Of a DNA stretch of 64,000 nt, positions 43,481-54,235 are shown one piece after another. The translations under genes and the position numbers were made by a program. Within the stretch, counting starts at the first letter, position 1. Every line of letters starts with the position of its first letter. The notes below the pieces were generated by a model, which made no database searches, was not told where the DNA came from, and worked only from the letters and a program-made list of their open reading frames with translations. This DNA is from an uncultured Methanoregulaceae archaeon (GTDB lineage Archaea > Halobacteriota > Methanomicrobia > Methanomicrobiales > Methanospirillaceae), in assembly GCA_963841015.1 (NCBI GenBank), contig CAWJAX010000003.1, positions 576,001 through 640,000 of the forward strand, read 5' to 3'.

Positions 43481-43600
43481 TAAAAACTAAAAAAGAGTGT
43501 AGTAAAGCGACTATCTCATAGCTGGAACCCGAGGATTTTCATACGATGGGGATTATCCCCAAAAAAATAGTTTTAGGGATTTTCTCGCTGCATCTTTATT

Positions 43601-46287
43601 TTACGTTCCTGTCCAGTCGCCGATTAACGGTGTATCACCGTAAATGCCGTAATTAAAGCTAAGATCAGCAGGACCAGCTGTGTTGCTGTTCCTCAGGTAG
43701 AAGGCACCATTGCGGTAGATACCGACCGTGTCTATGCCATTTCCATCCCAGTCACCGACTAACGGTGTATCACCGTAAATACCGTAATTAAAGCTGAAGA
43801 TCAGCAGGACCAGCTGTGTTGCTGTTCCTCAGGTAGAAGGCACCATTGCGGTAGATACCGACCGTGTCTATGCCATTTCCATCCCAGTCACCGACTAACG
43901 GTGTATCACCGGGTATGCCATAATTAAAAGTCAGGTCAGCAGGACCGGCATTGTTGCTGTTCCTCAGGTAGAATGCACTATTGCGGTAGATACCGACCGT
44001 GTCTACAACGTTTCCGTCCCAGTCACTGACTAACGGTGTATCACCGGGTATACCATAATTAAAGGTCAGGTCAGCAGGACCGGCACTGTTGCTGTTCCTT
44101 AAATAGAAGGCACTGTTACGGTAGATACCGACCGTGTCTACGATGTTTCCGTCCCAGTCGCCGACTAACGGTGTATCACCGGGTATACCATAGTTAAAGG
44201 CCAGGTCAGCAGGACCGGCACTGTTGCTGTTCCTCAGGTAGAATGCACCATTGCGGTAGATACCGACCGTGTTTATACCGTTTGTTACATTGATATAACC
44301 AGCCCGAGTCAGGGAATCGGATCCTGCCTGATTCGTTACTTCCAATAAGATGGTGTAATTTCCACTCATATTAAAAGTGTGAACCGGGTTCTGCACAGTT
44401 GCATTAAAAATACTCCCATCGCCGAAGGTCCAGTTCCAGGAGGAGGGTGAATTTGTCGAAAGGTCAGTAAACTCTACGGTGAGAGGGGCTAGTCCGCTTC
44501 TTGGGGTACCGATAAAATCCGCAACTGGGGGTTCTGCAGCAGCTACCGCCTTATAAGCATTCAACCGACCGCCCGATGCAACTTTTCCTGACAGGGAGGT
44601 GTTCACATCAACGGATGAAAGAATGATGTTTTTTATTTGTACGGAAGTCAGGGATGGATTCTTTGCTTTTACGAGGGCTGCAACACCGGAAACATGGGGC
44701 GTTGCCATGGATGTACCCCACATAGGAGCATAGTTACCATTCAAATAGGTACTCAAGATATTTGTGCCTGGTGCAGCGAGATCCACAGAATTCGGGCCAA
44801 AATTTGAGAACGAGGCGAGGCGGTCATCCTGATCTGTAGCGGAAACCGAAATGATGTTTGTACTGTTATAACTTGCAGGATACAGGGGATCATCATCAAT
44901 GCTACTTGCATTATTTCCCGCAGCACAGACAACAACTGCTGGAGATGCATCAATTATATCTTTCAGGCCCTCATCATACACCCCCCCACCCCAGGAATTG
45001 CTGATTACAGTTGCACCATTTGCATTTGCATACTCGATAGTCTTGAATTGCATCAGATGTGATTCCGGCTCCCTCTTGATTGAAAGCCTTGAGGGGCATA
45101 ATCTTTACCTGCCAGTTTACCCCAGCCACGCCAAAATCATTGTCCCCTACGGCACCGATTATTCCTGAAACGTGGGTCCCATGATCCTTATCATCATTTG
45201 GATCATTGTCCCAATTGACAAAATCCCATCCACGAACATCGTCAATATAGCCATTAGCATCATCATCCTCACCGTTACCTGGAATTTCCCCTGTATTATT
45301 CCAGATATTTGCGGAGAGATCACTATGAGTATAAAGAACGCCTGTATCAATCACCGCAACTACAACACTGTTCGATCCCGTAGAGATGCCCCACGCATCC
45401 GGTGCATCGATATCAGCATCAATGGTTCCCCCTGTTTGTCCTGTGTTATCAAAACTCCATTGGTCCGAAAAAAATGCATCATTGGGTATGGAGAGGATTT
45501 TCGGGGGATGGATATCAGTAACAATCGGTCCCGTTTGAGCCGGTAGTATCGATAGAACATAATCCGGCTCTGCGTACAGGACATCAGGATTTGATTGGTA
45601 AGCTATAATTGCCGATTGCACATCAGTCCCGTTTGGTAATTGAACAAGCTGCAACCCTTCTATGCTGAAATCTTTCTCTACCCGAGCCCCGATATTTGCA
45701 TGAGCCGTGCGTATTTTAACCTGTGAAACGGATGATTCTGCATTCTTTTGGGATTTAAACCGGACAATAATCCGGTCTTTTACATATTTTTGACCAGTAC
45801 GGGAATCCGTAATAAAACTCTTTTCTCTTTCATTTACCTGCCCCAGTACGGGAGAGTCTTTGAGTGCAGGATTTGAGGAATTCGGTGATCCTGTATTTTT
45901 TGCCGAAACAGGATTTTGATTTGATATTGCCGTAGGGGGAATTATCGTAAGAACCGGGGGGATTTCAGCCGGTGCCGGACTTATTGCAGATGAGGTGGCT
46001 GGTGTTGGAGCTGTTGAAAATGGCGTTGTGGGTAGTGTCGTAATTTTTGGAGGAGTTCCCTCGGGAATGGCAGAAGTTTCCTGGACTAGAGGTTGCTCAA
46101 ATGAGGGAGGAGATGTTTCGATCCAATTCTGTGTCAGGGTAACACTGACGTTTTTTTGCGAATTTCCCGTCAGAATTGTTGAATTTATCGGATTTTCCAG
46201 CGCAAATACATTTACCGGTAGCACAATCAACAGACAGAGAATTATAATTTTGCTATAATACCCACTACGGATCGTCAGCTTAATCAT
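43601..46287 (-). CDS. Secreted subtilisin-like S8 protease + PKD domain + five 45-aa repeats; two +1 frameshifts (~45046, ~43796)
   Basis: Signal peptide; AVIDTG (Asp), HGTHVSG (His), GTSMATPHVSG (Ser); W.FGDG PKD motif. Reading through two extra bases ends ...PLIGDWTGT* at 43601. Span 2687 nt = 3n+2. Confidence 0.88.
43604..44270 (-). repeat. Five tandem 135-nt coding repeats (TVGIYRNxAFYLRNSNxAGPADLxFNYGIxGDTPLVGDWDGNxxD)
   Basis: GCGGTAGATACCGACCGTG recurs with a 135-nt period. Confidence 0.92.
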
Positions 46288-46536
46288 TACTTCATTATTG
46301 TATCAATCGTAAATTAATTTTGTCAAGATACTAAAAAGAAGAGGCAGGTGAATACTTAGGAGTTCGAGAAATCAAAAATCGATATATGATTAATACTCTT
46401 TCATTATATTTTCATTACAGACCAATGCTGAGCAGTCAGAGTGATTTAGCTTATTGCTGGAAAAAAGGGTAATCGTTAGGTTAGGAAAATACCAAATAAA
46501 ATTGTGACGGGGCTGTTTTCCCCACGTCTTCTAATT

Positions 46537-48216
46537 TTACAATCCGTCCCAGTTGCCGACTAACGGGATATCACCGGGTATGCCGTAATTAAAGGCGAGG
46601 TCTGCAGGACCGGCACTGTTGCTGTTCCTCAGGTAGAAGGCACTGTTGCGGTAGATACCGACATTGTCATCGCCATCTCCGTCCCAGTCGCCGACTAATT
46701 GTGTATCACCGGGTATGCCGTAATTAAAGGCGAGGTCTGCAGGACCGGCACTGTTGCTGTTCCTCAGGTAGAAGGCACTGTTGCGGTAGATACCGACATT
46801 GTCATCGCCGTCTCCGTCCCAGTCGCCGACTAACGGGGTATCACCGGGTATACCGTAATTAAAGGCCAGGTCTGCAGGACCGGCACTGTTGCTGTTCCTC
46901 AGGAAGAAGGCACTGTTGCGGTAGATACCGACATTGTCATCGCCGTCTCCGTCCCAGTCGCCGACTAACGGGGTATCACCGGGTATACCGTAATTAAAGG
47001 CGAGGTCTGCAGGACCGGCACTGTTGCTGTTCCTCAGGTAGAAGGCACTGTTGCGGTAGATACCTACCGTGTCTACGCCATCTCCGTCCCAGTCGCCGAC
47101 TAATTGTGTATCACCGGGTATACCGTAATTAAAGGCGAGGTCTGCAGGACCGGCACTGTTGCTGTTCCTCAGGAAGAAGGCACTGTTGCGGTAGATACCG
47201 ACCGTAGTCGTTCCATTGACAGCCGGAGAAGTGACGGTAATGGTTGTTCCCGGGTTCGTTGTGCTTTGACCACCTGCATTGGCAACTGTAAGCTGGGCTG
47301 TATACGATCCCGGATTGGTATAGGTATAGGTACCATTCCGAGCTCCGAACACTGTTGTGTTATACCAGTTCCCATCTCCAACAGACCAGTTCCATGATGT
47401 AGGGGAGTTGCTTGAGGTGTCATTGAACTGCACAGTAAGAGGGGCGGTACCGGACGTTGTGTTGGTCGTAAACGATGCAACCGGCGGGGTTACTGCGACG
47501 TCGTAATTGATCGTCATGTAGGGAGTGTATGCACCGGCAGAATAATTCATACCACGAATTTCAAACCCGGAAAATTCATTGTTTGCCCATGTCAGAGAAG
47601 ATGCATTATCAACATCTGCGCTATGAGTTAACATAAAAGATGTATACCCTGTTTTTGAGATATCATTAATTCCAGCAGAATTTAACGGGTAATCATTCCT
47701 CAAGAGGCCATAATTGTAATCATCATAGGTTATATCAGGAGCAACACGGGTGAAGGTGGTCCTGCTATAGTCTGCTCCGCTATATGCCAATGGATCAAGT
47801 GGATCTGCATCAATAATACAAGAGTCAAAGGTGCCAAGCCCATTAGCTCTGGTGTGACCATAAACGGAAACAGTGGCACTGGTAATTGTTGCATCATTGG
47901 GAATAGCAGAAGTGTCCCACGAAATTAATCCCCGATAATGTCTGTCATATAGATTTACAACAGCTGAACCATACATCGTTTCATTCATCGCCCTTGTTTC
48001 ACCAATGTTTATGGTATCAGCATTTACTCCTTCTAAGACAGTAATCTCTCCTGGATTATTTCTCTTTTCTTGCCAGGTTTGGTTATCGGTATTCGCCAAT
48101 AACCTGCCGTCATGACTTGCATTCACAACAAGCTGAGCTGCACTTGCCGCTGGCATCAGCATGATCAGAATTAGTGATACTGCACATACAGTAATCAACA
48201 TTGACTTGTTTCTCAT
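46537..48216 (-). CDS. Secreted/surface protein: N-terminal beta-rich (DNRLRE-like) domain + PKD + five 45-aa repeats
   Basis: Signal peptide from MRNKSMLITV (ATG 48216); RGLISWDTSAIP.DATITSAT.SVY; PPVASF...APLTVQFND...W.W..GDG PKD motif. Confidence 0.8.
   Translation of the reverse strand: MRNKSMLITVCAVSLILIMLMPAASAAQLVVNASHDGRLLANTDNQTWQEKRNNPGEITVLEGVNADTINIGETRAMNETMYGSAVVNLYDRHYRGLISWDTSAIPNDATITSATVSVYGHTRANGLGTFDSCIIDADPLDPLAYSGADYSRTTFTRVAPDITYDDYNYGLLRNDYPLNSAGINDISKTGYTSFMLTHSADVDNASSLTWANNEFSGFEIRGMNYSAGAYTPYMTINYDVAVTPPVASFTTNTTSGTAPLTVQFNDTSSNSPTSWNWSVGDGNWYNTTVFGARNGTYTYTNPGSYTAQLTVANAGGQSTTNPGTTITVTSPAVNGTTTVGIYRNSAFFLRNSNSAGPADLAFNYGIPGDTQLVGDWDGDGVDTVGIYRNSAFYLRNSNSAGPADLAFNYGIPGDTPLVGDWDGDGDDNVGIYRNSAFFLRNSNSAGPADLAFNYGIPGDTPLVGDWDGDGDDNVGIYRNSAFYLRNSNSAGPADLAFNYGIPGDTQLVGDWDGDGDDNVGIYRNSAFYLRNSNSAGPADLAFNYGIPGDIPLVGNWDGL
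46540..47205 (-). repeat. Five near-identical tandem 135-nt coding repeats with DWDGDGxD calcium-binding-like motif
   Basis: GTAGATACC recurs at 46651, 46786, 46921, 47056, 47191 (period 135). Confidence 0.95.
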
Positions 48217-48483
48217 AATACACCTTTTTATAAGAGATATATCCGTGCCAAGATTATTAAACTTGTTTGTCGGTTTAAATACTGGTAGTCTGTTAAGGCA
48301 ATCCCATTGAGCGATAAAGACATTAGAGAAATACAATTCCAAAAATCCAAATTTATTGTTATTAAAATTTGTATCGAAAAATATCTCAATAATTTTCATC
48401 GTTTTTTGTGTGTATAGTCATTCCCTGATACGCAATCTTCTTCTAGATAGAAATTGACCAGTGTTATGAGAGAGGTACGTCCA

Positions 48484-48906
48484 ATGCATCATTATTCGTT
48501 GTCCTGCAGCGCGGAAGCAGGCGATCTTGAGCCAATAGTCCTTGCAGTCCACGAATTAATCCACCGTCTGCCCGTTACGGCAAAATCAGTAGAAAAAGAT
48601 GGCATACGTGTTGAAGACGGGAGAGTTATCGATCGGCATTACGTAGGTCCGGTACTCCTCGAATCGATCGCAAAAAACATTCCGATAAAAACTACACCAT
48701 CGAGCGGAGCTTACAAGGGAGTGCCCGTAACGGTCAGTCCCATCAGAGACCAGGATGGAAACGCTATCGGTGCAATCGGGGTTGTTGATATCACGGGAAT
48801 TTTTGATCTTGCAACACTCATGGAACACCAGTCTGCGATACTCAAGCAGGTGTGCGGTAAAGATCCCTGTCCGCTTCCTTCTGAACAGAGCGGTTCAAGG
48901 AGGTGA
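48484..48906 (+). CDS. DUF2111 family methanogen protein
   Basis: VHELI.RLPVT.KS....GIRVE.G.VID..Y.GPVL, G.YKGVPV.V.PI, IGAIGVVD. Confidence 0.75.
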   Translation: MHHYSLSCSAEAGDLEPIVLAVHELIHRLPVTAKSVEKDGIRVEDGRVIDRHYVGPVLLESIAKNIPIKTTPSSGAYKGVPVTVSPIRDQDGNAIGAIGVVDITGIFDLATLMEHQSAILKQVCGKDPCPLPSEQSGSRR

Positions 48907-49892
48907 ATGATTTGCCGGATTCCGCATTCAAAGTTCTTGAGATCCTCGAACGAACAGAAACTCCTGTTTCCGGAGAAACGATCAGCAATGAACTGGGAAT
49001 TACCCGATCTGCGGTCTGGAAGCACATCCAGGAGCTGCGGGCAATGGGGTATGAAATCTTCTCATCCCAAAAAGAGGGGTACAAGCTGACCCGTACGAGT
49101 AATAAGCTCCTTCCCTATGAAATCCATAAAAAACTAAAAACCCAGTTCATCGGAAAAAAGATACGGTATCTCGAGAATACCCCCTCGACTATCTGGGTGG
49201 GCAAACAGATGTGCTCTGAAGGGGATGTCGGGAAAATGCACGGCATGGTAATCATTGCCGAAGAACAGACCGGGGGTATCGGAAGAATGGGGAGGGCATG
49301 GGTTTCACCGAGTGGGGGAATCTGGATTACGGTTGTCCTCAAACCCAATGTACCCATTGATCATATTTTTATGATCACGATGGCTGGATCCATCGCCATA
49401 GCCCGGGCAATCCGCAAGGAATTCGATCTCGGGGCACTGATCAAATGGCCGAATGATATTTTCATTGGCAACAAGAAAGTCGCCGGACTCCTTCTTGAGC
49501 TCTCAGCAGACGCAGATGCGGTTCACTATTGTCTGTTAAGTATAGGTATTGATGTGAATGTCCCGTTAAACCAGTTCTCTCCTGCATTGCAAAAAGACAT
49601 CACTTCTATCAGCGCTGAAGTCGGGCATGAAGTAGACCGTGCTTCGTTTCTCGCACGCATCCTCAAGGAATTTGAGAGCCGGTATCTCCTTATTGAGAGT
49701 GGCGAATATGAACCTATTATTAGAGAATGGAAGAGTCTTTCCTGTACGCTTGAAAACAGGGTGCAGATCAGGACGCTGAAGAACAGCTTTGAAGGGGAAG
49801 CAATCGATATCGATGAGTTTGGCGCTCTTATTATCAGGAAGGACAACGGCAAGCTCGAACGGGTTATCTCCGGTGACTGTTATCAGCAATAA
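48903..49892 (+). CDS. birA: Biotin-protein ligase with N-terminal HTH
   Basis: SGE.IS.ELGITRSAVWKHI, AEEQTGG.GRMGR.W.SP, IKWPND, KKVAGLL. Confidence 0.93.
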   Translation: MNDLPDSAFKVLEILERTETPVSGETISNELGITRSAVWKHIQELRAMGYEIFSSQKEGYKLTRTSNKLLPYEIHKKLKTQFIGKKIRYLENTPSTIWVGKQMCSEGDVGKMHGMVIIAEEQTGGIGRMGRAWVSPSGGIWITVVLKPNVPIDHIFMITMAGSIAIARAIRKEFDLGALIKWPNDIFIGNKKVAGLLLELSADADAVHYCLLSIGIDVNVPLNQFSPALQKDITSISAEVGHEVDRASFLARILKEFESRYLLIESGEYEPIIREWKSLSCTLENRVQIRTLKNSFEGEAIDIDEFGALIIRKDNGKLERVISGDCYQQ

Positions 49893-49934
49893 TTAAGAAG
49901 TACTTTTTATCGTCAACCGTTCAAATTTTTATGG

Positions 49935-50450
49935 TTGACGATGTTTGGAGACCTGCAGAAATCCAGAACTATTGCTTACTCTGCAGCATTTATTGGGCTT
50001 ATCAGCCTTGGAGCGTGGGTGTCAATCCCCTTCTTCCCTGTCCCGTTAACCCTTCAGACACTCTTTGTGTTACTCGCCGGCGCGGTTATGAAGCGATATG
50101 CGGTAATCCCGGTTTCGCTGTATGTACTTCTCGGCGCACTTGGACTTCCGGTATTTCATACAGGTGTTGCCGGGTTTGGCATCCTGCTCGGACCAACCAG
50201 CGGTTATCTCATAGGATTTATCTTCGCTGCACTTGTTGTTGGTCTTGCCTACGAACATGATGCTGCGATTATCCATATTACCGGGCTTCTGGCTGGAACC
50301 GCTATCATCTATATTTGTGGGATTACATGGCTGATGTATTCCCTTAATTTGGGATTCATCCCTGCGATATTAAGTGGCGTTCTTCCTTTTATCCCCGGGG
50401 ATGCGATAAAAATATTCGCCGCGTTTATGATTGCGAAACGATTACCATGA
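49935..50450 (+). CDS. bioY: Biotin ECF transporter S component
   Basis: PVPLTLQT, GALGLPVF, GPTSGYLIGF, PFIPGD.IK. Confidence 0.93.
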   Translation: MTMFGDLQKSRTIAYSAAFIGLISLGAWVSIPFFPVPLTLQTLFVLLAGAVMKRYAVIPVSLYVLLGALGLPVFHTGVAGFGILLGPTSGYLIGFIFAALVVGLAYEHDAAIIHITGLLAGTAIIYICGITWLMYSLNLGFIPAILSGVLPFIPGDAIKIFAAFMIAKRLP

Positions 50451-51112
50451 TCACCGCTGAATTCCTGTGTTACCGTAAACTTGCGATAGACGCACTCAGA
50501 ATAAAACCTGGCATTACCACAATCATTGGAGCAAACGGGAGCGGGAAAACCACATTTCTTAAGCTCTGTGCCGGAATTGCAGTGCCAGAAACCGGTATTC
50601 TCCTGATCGATGACGCACCACCACGAGAAACCGAGATTGGGTGGGTAAATGAATTTCCCGACCGCAATATTCTTTTTGTAAACGTGTTTGATGAGATTGC
50701 ATCCCCGCTTCGGTTCCGTCGCACTCCCTGTGAAGAAATTGATATAAATGTCCGTGAATTAGCGGAAACTTTGGATATCTCCTATCTCCTGCACAGAGCA
50801 GTGCGTGATTTGTCAGGTGGTGAAAAAGTGCTGGTTTCCCTTGCGGCAGCAATGGTTCACCGCCCTAAGGTGCTGGTCCTTGACGAATACGATTCACATC
50901 TTGATTCACATTATATGGCAAAGATTGAGCAGGGGATCAGGACATCGCGAGCCGATTATGTGATCCGTTGCACGCAGCAGATGGACACTGCCATCTGCAG
51001 TGATCATCTTCTCTTTTTTGATTCCGGCCGGATCACCCATGCTGGTCCACCTCATGATTTCTTTCCTTTCCTGAAAGGAACAGCTTATTATCCGTTGTTG
51101 TGGGGGTGCTGA
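50447..51112 (+). CDS. ECF transporter ATPase (A component)
   Basis: GANGSGKTT, LSGGE, LVLDE; follows bioY. Confidence 0.8.
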   Translation: MITAEFLCYRKLAIDALRIKPGITTIIGANGSGKTTFLKLCAGIAVPETGILLIDDAPPRETEIGWVNEFPDRNILFVNVFDEIASPLRFRRTPCEEIDINVRELAETLDISYLLHRAVRDLSGGEKVLVSLAAAMVHRPKVLVLDEYDSHLDSHYMAKIEQGIRTSRADYVIRCTQQMDTAICSDHLLFFDSGRITHAGPPHDFFPFLKGTAYYPLLWGC

Positions 51113-51813
51113 TGGTAAAAATCACCTTAAACCGGGTATCTGCAGTTCGTGACCCTTGGTCACTTTCTGCATCCGGCACATTCAATGAAGGTGTGCACCT
51201 TGTAAGCGGAGATGTGGGGAGCGGGAAATCAACGCTGGCACTCATGATGGCGGGGCTCCTTCCCTTGTCCGGTGGAGACATTGAGAAAGAGGAGATTACC
51301 ACAACCATGCTCTCACTCCAGTTCCCGGAACTCCATGTTACCGGCCTGACTGTTGCAGAAGAATGTGATTCCTGGGGAGTTGATCCGGATGAAATCCTTG
51401 ATGCTGTTCAATTGGGCGAAAAAAAAGAGGAATCACCCCTGTCTTTGAGCAGGGGTGAACTCAAACGGCTCCACCTAGCATGCGTGCTTGCAAAAAACTA
51501 TGACCTTCTCTTGCTTGATGAACCGTTCAGCTCACTTGACTGCGAGGAAAAGGTAAAAATCTGTGCACATATCGGTCAAAAGTCGCAGGGTATTACCGTT
51601 ATTTTCACCCATGAACAGAATATCCTTCCCAGAGTTAAGCAGATCTGGGAGATTGTTGATGGCATGCTTGTTAGTTGTGGCACGCCACCAGGTGCATTTA
51701 CGCACTGGCGCCATGTCCCGCAATTGATAGCGAGACTTACGGCTCTTGGATCCAAACCTGAAAATATCTCATTGGAGGACTTTAGGGAGGCGGTATGCAG
51801 GATCCAAGGATAA
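51112..51813 (+). CDS. ECF transporter ATPase (A' component)
   Basis: GDVGSGKST, QFPE, LSRGE, LDEPFSSLD, TH. Confidence 0.8.
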   Translation: MVKITLNRVSAVRDPWSLSASGTFNEGVHLVSGDVGSGKSTLALMMAGLLPLSGGDIEKEEITTTMLSLQFPELHVTGLTVAEECDSWGVDPDEILDAVQLGEKKEESPLSLSRGELKRLHLACVLAKNYDLLLLDEPFSSLDCEEKVKICAHIGQKSQGITVIFTHEQNILPRVKQIWEIVDGMLVSCGTPPGAFTHWRHVPQLIARLTALGSKPENISLEDFREAVCRIQG

Positions 51814-52448
51814 GAATTGCTGCTGCTGCAGTTCTCTCTCTGGCGGCGTTCGTGAGCCTCCACGGTGCTGCCGCTGTCTTTCTCTGGTGGCTGGTGTTTA
51901 CTCACCGACTGCAACTTGCAAAAAGGATCAGGCTGGTTTTTTCTTTAATCCTCATGATTGCACTTTTCAGCCTTGTCCTGGAACTATCCGGCGGAGATGG
52001 TATTTCTTATTTTGCCAGAATGACCGTTATCGTGTTTATTGGTATGTGGATATTCAGCGAACAGAAATCAGGAGAATTCCTTGCAATTGGGGTCTGGTTG
52101 TTTGGTGACAGGTTAGGATTTGAGCTCGGTATGGTCGCTGAGATGGGAATGCAATCATTAGTATCAGTCACAGCCGATCTGGACCGGATTCGTGTAGCAC
52201 AGAAGATCAAAGGTAGGCAATGGGATGTGAATAACCTTGTCCCTGCAGGTCTCGTACTTGTCCATGGTGCGCTTGTCAGGGCAGAGGATACAGCTGAACT
52301 CTTGGCAATCCGGGGATATCAGCACGGGGGGAGCCTGTGCCCAACATTTTTTACACGACCTCTTGACATAGTTGCGGGCATGTTTGCCGTTTGCATTTTA
52401 TTTTTCTCTTTGATTCCAGTTAGTGAATTTTTTATACTTTACCGATGA
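51795..52448 (+). CDS. ECF transporter T component
   Basis: DPRIR, TM helices, AQKIKG and LAIRGY coupling motifs. Confidence 0.75.
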   Translation: MQDPRIRIAAAAVLSLAAFVSLHGAAAVFLWWLVFTHRLQLAKRIRLVFSLILMIALFSLVLELSGGDGISYFARMTVIVFIGMWIFSEQKSGEFLAIGVWLFGDRLGFELGMVAEMGMQSLVSVTADLDRIRVAQKIKGRQWDVNNLVPAGLVLVHGALVRAEDTAELLAIRGYQHGGSLCPTFFTRPLDIVAGMFAVCILFFSLIPVSEFFILYR

Positions 52449-52474
52449 AGGTTTGAGAGGCTTAATATGATCCA

Positions 52475-54235
52475 ATGGAAGCCCTGAGGATCTTCATGCA
52501 CACCGCCTCTCAAAAAAAAGTTAACATCACGGACACCACGCTACGGGACGCCCACCAGTCACTCATCGCCACACGGCTCCGTACGGAAGACATGGTTCCC
52601 CTTGCAAGGGAGATCGACAACTGCGGTTTTTTTTCCGTTGAGGCATGGGGCGGCGCTACCTTCGATACCTGTATTCGTTTTTTAAACGACGACCCCTGGG
52701 ACCGTCTCCGGGCTTTAAAGGCTGAACTCAAGCACACCCCGGTCCAGATGCTCCTGCGGGGACAGAACCTTGTCGGCTATCGTCACTATCCTGATGATGT
52801 GGTTGACAAGTTCGTCACGGCAGCGCATAAAAACGGTGTGGACATCTTCCGGGTATTTGATGCATTAAACGATATCAGGAACATGAAACGGTCAATGGAC
52901 CAGGTAAAAAACGTGGGGGCTCACCTGCAAGGGGCTATCTCTTACACGACCAGCCCAGTTCACTCTACCAAAACATTCATTGAAATGGCAAAAGAGCTCT
53001 ATGCCCTTGATTGTGATTCGATCTGCATCAAGGATATGGCAGGGCTCATCATGCCTGAGGCGACCCGGGAGCTGATTATCGGCATCAAGGATGCAGTGGA
53101 TATAAAAGTTTGTCTACACAGCCATTCTACGAGTGGAATCGCACCGATGAGTTACCAGGCATCAATCGAAGCTGGTGTTGATATTCTCGATACGGCGATG
53201 TCGCCTTTCTCTATGGGAACTTCCCAACCCCCGACAGAAAGTATCATTGCAGCACTAAAAGGTACCCCCCGCGATACTGGCATCGATCTCATCAAACTCC
53301 GGGCCATTCGAAACATCTGCCTTCAGATACGGGAGAAATATTCTGGTCTGCTCGACCCGATTTCTGAAAGAGTGGACAGTGATGTGCTGATTTATCAGTT
53401 ACCCGGTGGGATGATCTCCAATACTGTTTCCCAGCTTAAGGAACAGGACGCACTCAACCGATGGGATGATGTACTGGCGGAGATCCCCAGGGTAAGAAAG
53501 GATCTCGGGTATCCTCCCCTTGTTACGCCGACAAGCCAGATCGTCGGCACCCAAGCCGTGCTCAATGTACTTGTCAACGGCGAACGATACCGCAATGTAA
53601 CTAAAGAAGTCAAGGATTATGTCCGCGGATTATACGGTAAGTCACCGGGTCCTGTTAGCGACGAAATCCGGAAACTGATCATTGGCGATGAAAAGGTAAT
53701 AACCGGACGCCCGGCGGATCTGCTGGAACCGGCTTATGAAAAAATGAAAGAGGAAGCAGAGAAAGCCGGGCTTGTCAAAAAGGATGAAGATGTCCTGACC
53801 TATATCCTCTATCCTGCCATTGCACCGTCATTCCTCAAAGGGGAACGGTTATTGGAAGAAATACCCAAAAAGCAGACGGTGACAAAACCTGAAACAGGGA
53901 TGCCCAGCCAGATGGAAGTGGAAGTGGACGGGGAAGTCTTTTCTGTCCGCATCGTCTCTGTCGGGGGAAGCAAAGTTGAGGTTGCAAATATTACTCCGCA
54001 AAAGATACCGAGGGGTGATATTGCCGGAGGCATAAAAAGCAATATGCAGGGAATGGTGCTTACGGTGCTCGTGAACCGTGGTGCTGAGGTCAAAAAGGGG
54101 GATACCCTTCTGGTGCTTGAGGCCATGAAGATGGAAAATCCCATCCATAGCCCGGTTGACGGAAAGGTCACCGAGATCTTTGTGGATACCGGCGATGTCG
54201 TCCAGAGCGGAGACGTCCTGCTGGTGGTGCAATGA
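52475..54235 (+). CDS. pycB: Pyruvate carboxylase subunit B (carboxyltransferase + biotin carrier)
   Basis: LRDAHQSL.ATR, WGGATFD, IKDMAG, H.H.T.G, VTPTSQIVG, EAMKMEN biotinylation site. Confidence 0.93.
   Translation: MEALRIFMHTASQKKVNITDTTLRDAHQSLIATRLRTEDMVPLAREIDNCGFFSVEAWGGATFDTCIRFLNDDPWDRLRALKAELKHTPVQMLLRGQNLVGYRHYPDDVVDKFVTAAHKNGVDIFRVFDALNDIRNMKRSMDQVKNVGAHLQGAISYTTSPVHSTKTFIEMAKELYALDCDSICIKDMAGLIMPEATRELIIGIKDAVDIKVCLHSHSTSGIAPMSYQASIEAGVDILDTAMSPFSMGTSQPPTESIIAALKGTPRDTGIDLIKLRAIRNICLQIREKYSGLLDPISERVDSDVLIYQLPGGMISNTVSQLKEQDALNRWDDVLAEIPRVRKDLGYPPLVTPTSQIVGTQAVLNVLVNGERYRNVTKEVKDYVRGLYGKSPGPVSDEIRKLIIGDEKVITGRPADLLEPAYEKMKEEAEKAGLVKKDEDVLTYILYPAIAPSFLKGERLLEEIPKKQTVTKPETGMPSQMEVEVDGEVFSVRIVSVGGSKVEVANITPQKIPRGDIAGGIKSNMQGMVLTVLVNRGAEVKKGDTLLVLEAMKMENPIHSPVDGKVTEIFVDTGDVVQSGDVLLVVQ

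Noticed and set aside
43604-47205. Long regular repeats as a CRISPR array or a diversity-generating retroelement template/variable pair
   Set aside because: The period is 135 nt, in frame and fully protein-coding with no unique spacers. Differences are mostly synonymous rather than adenine-specific, and there are no cas or reverse transcriptase genes in the window.
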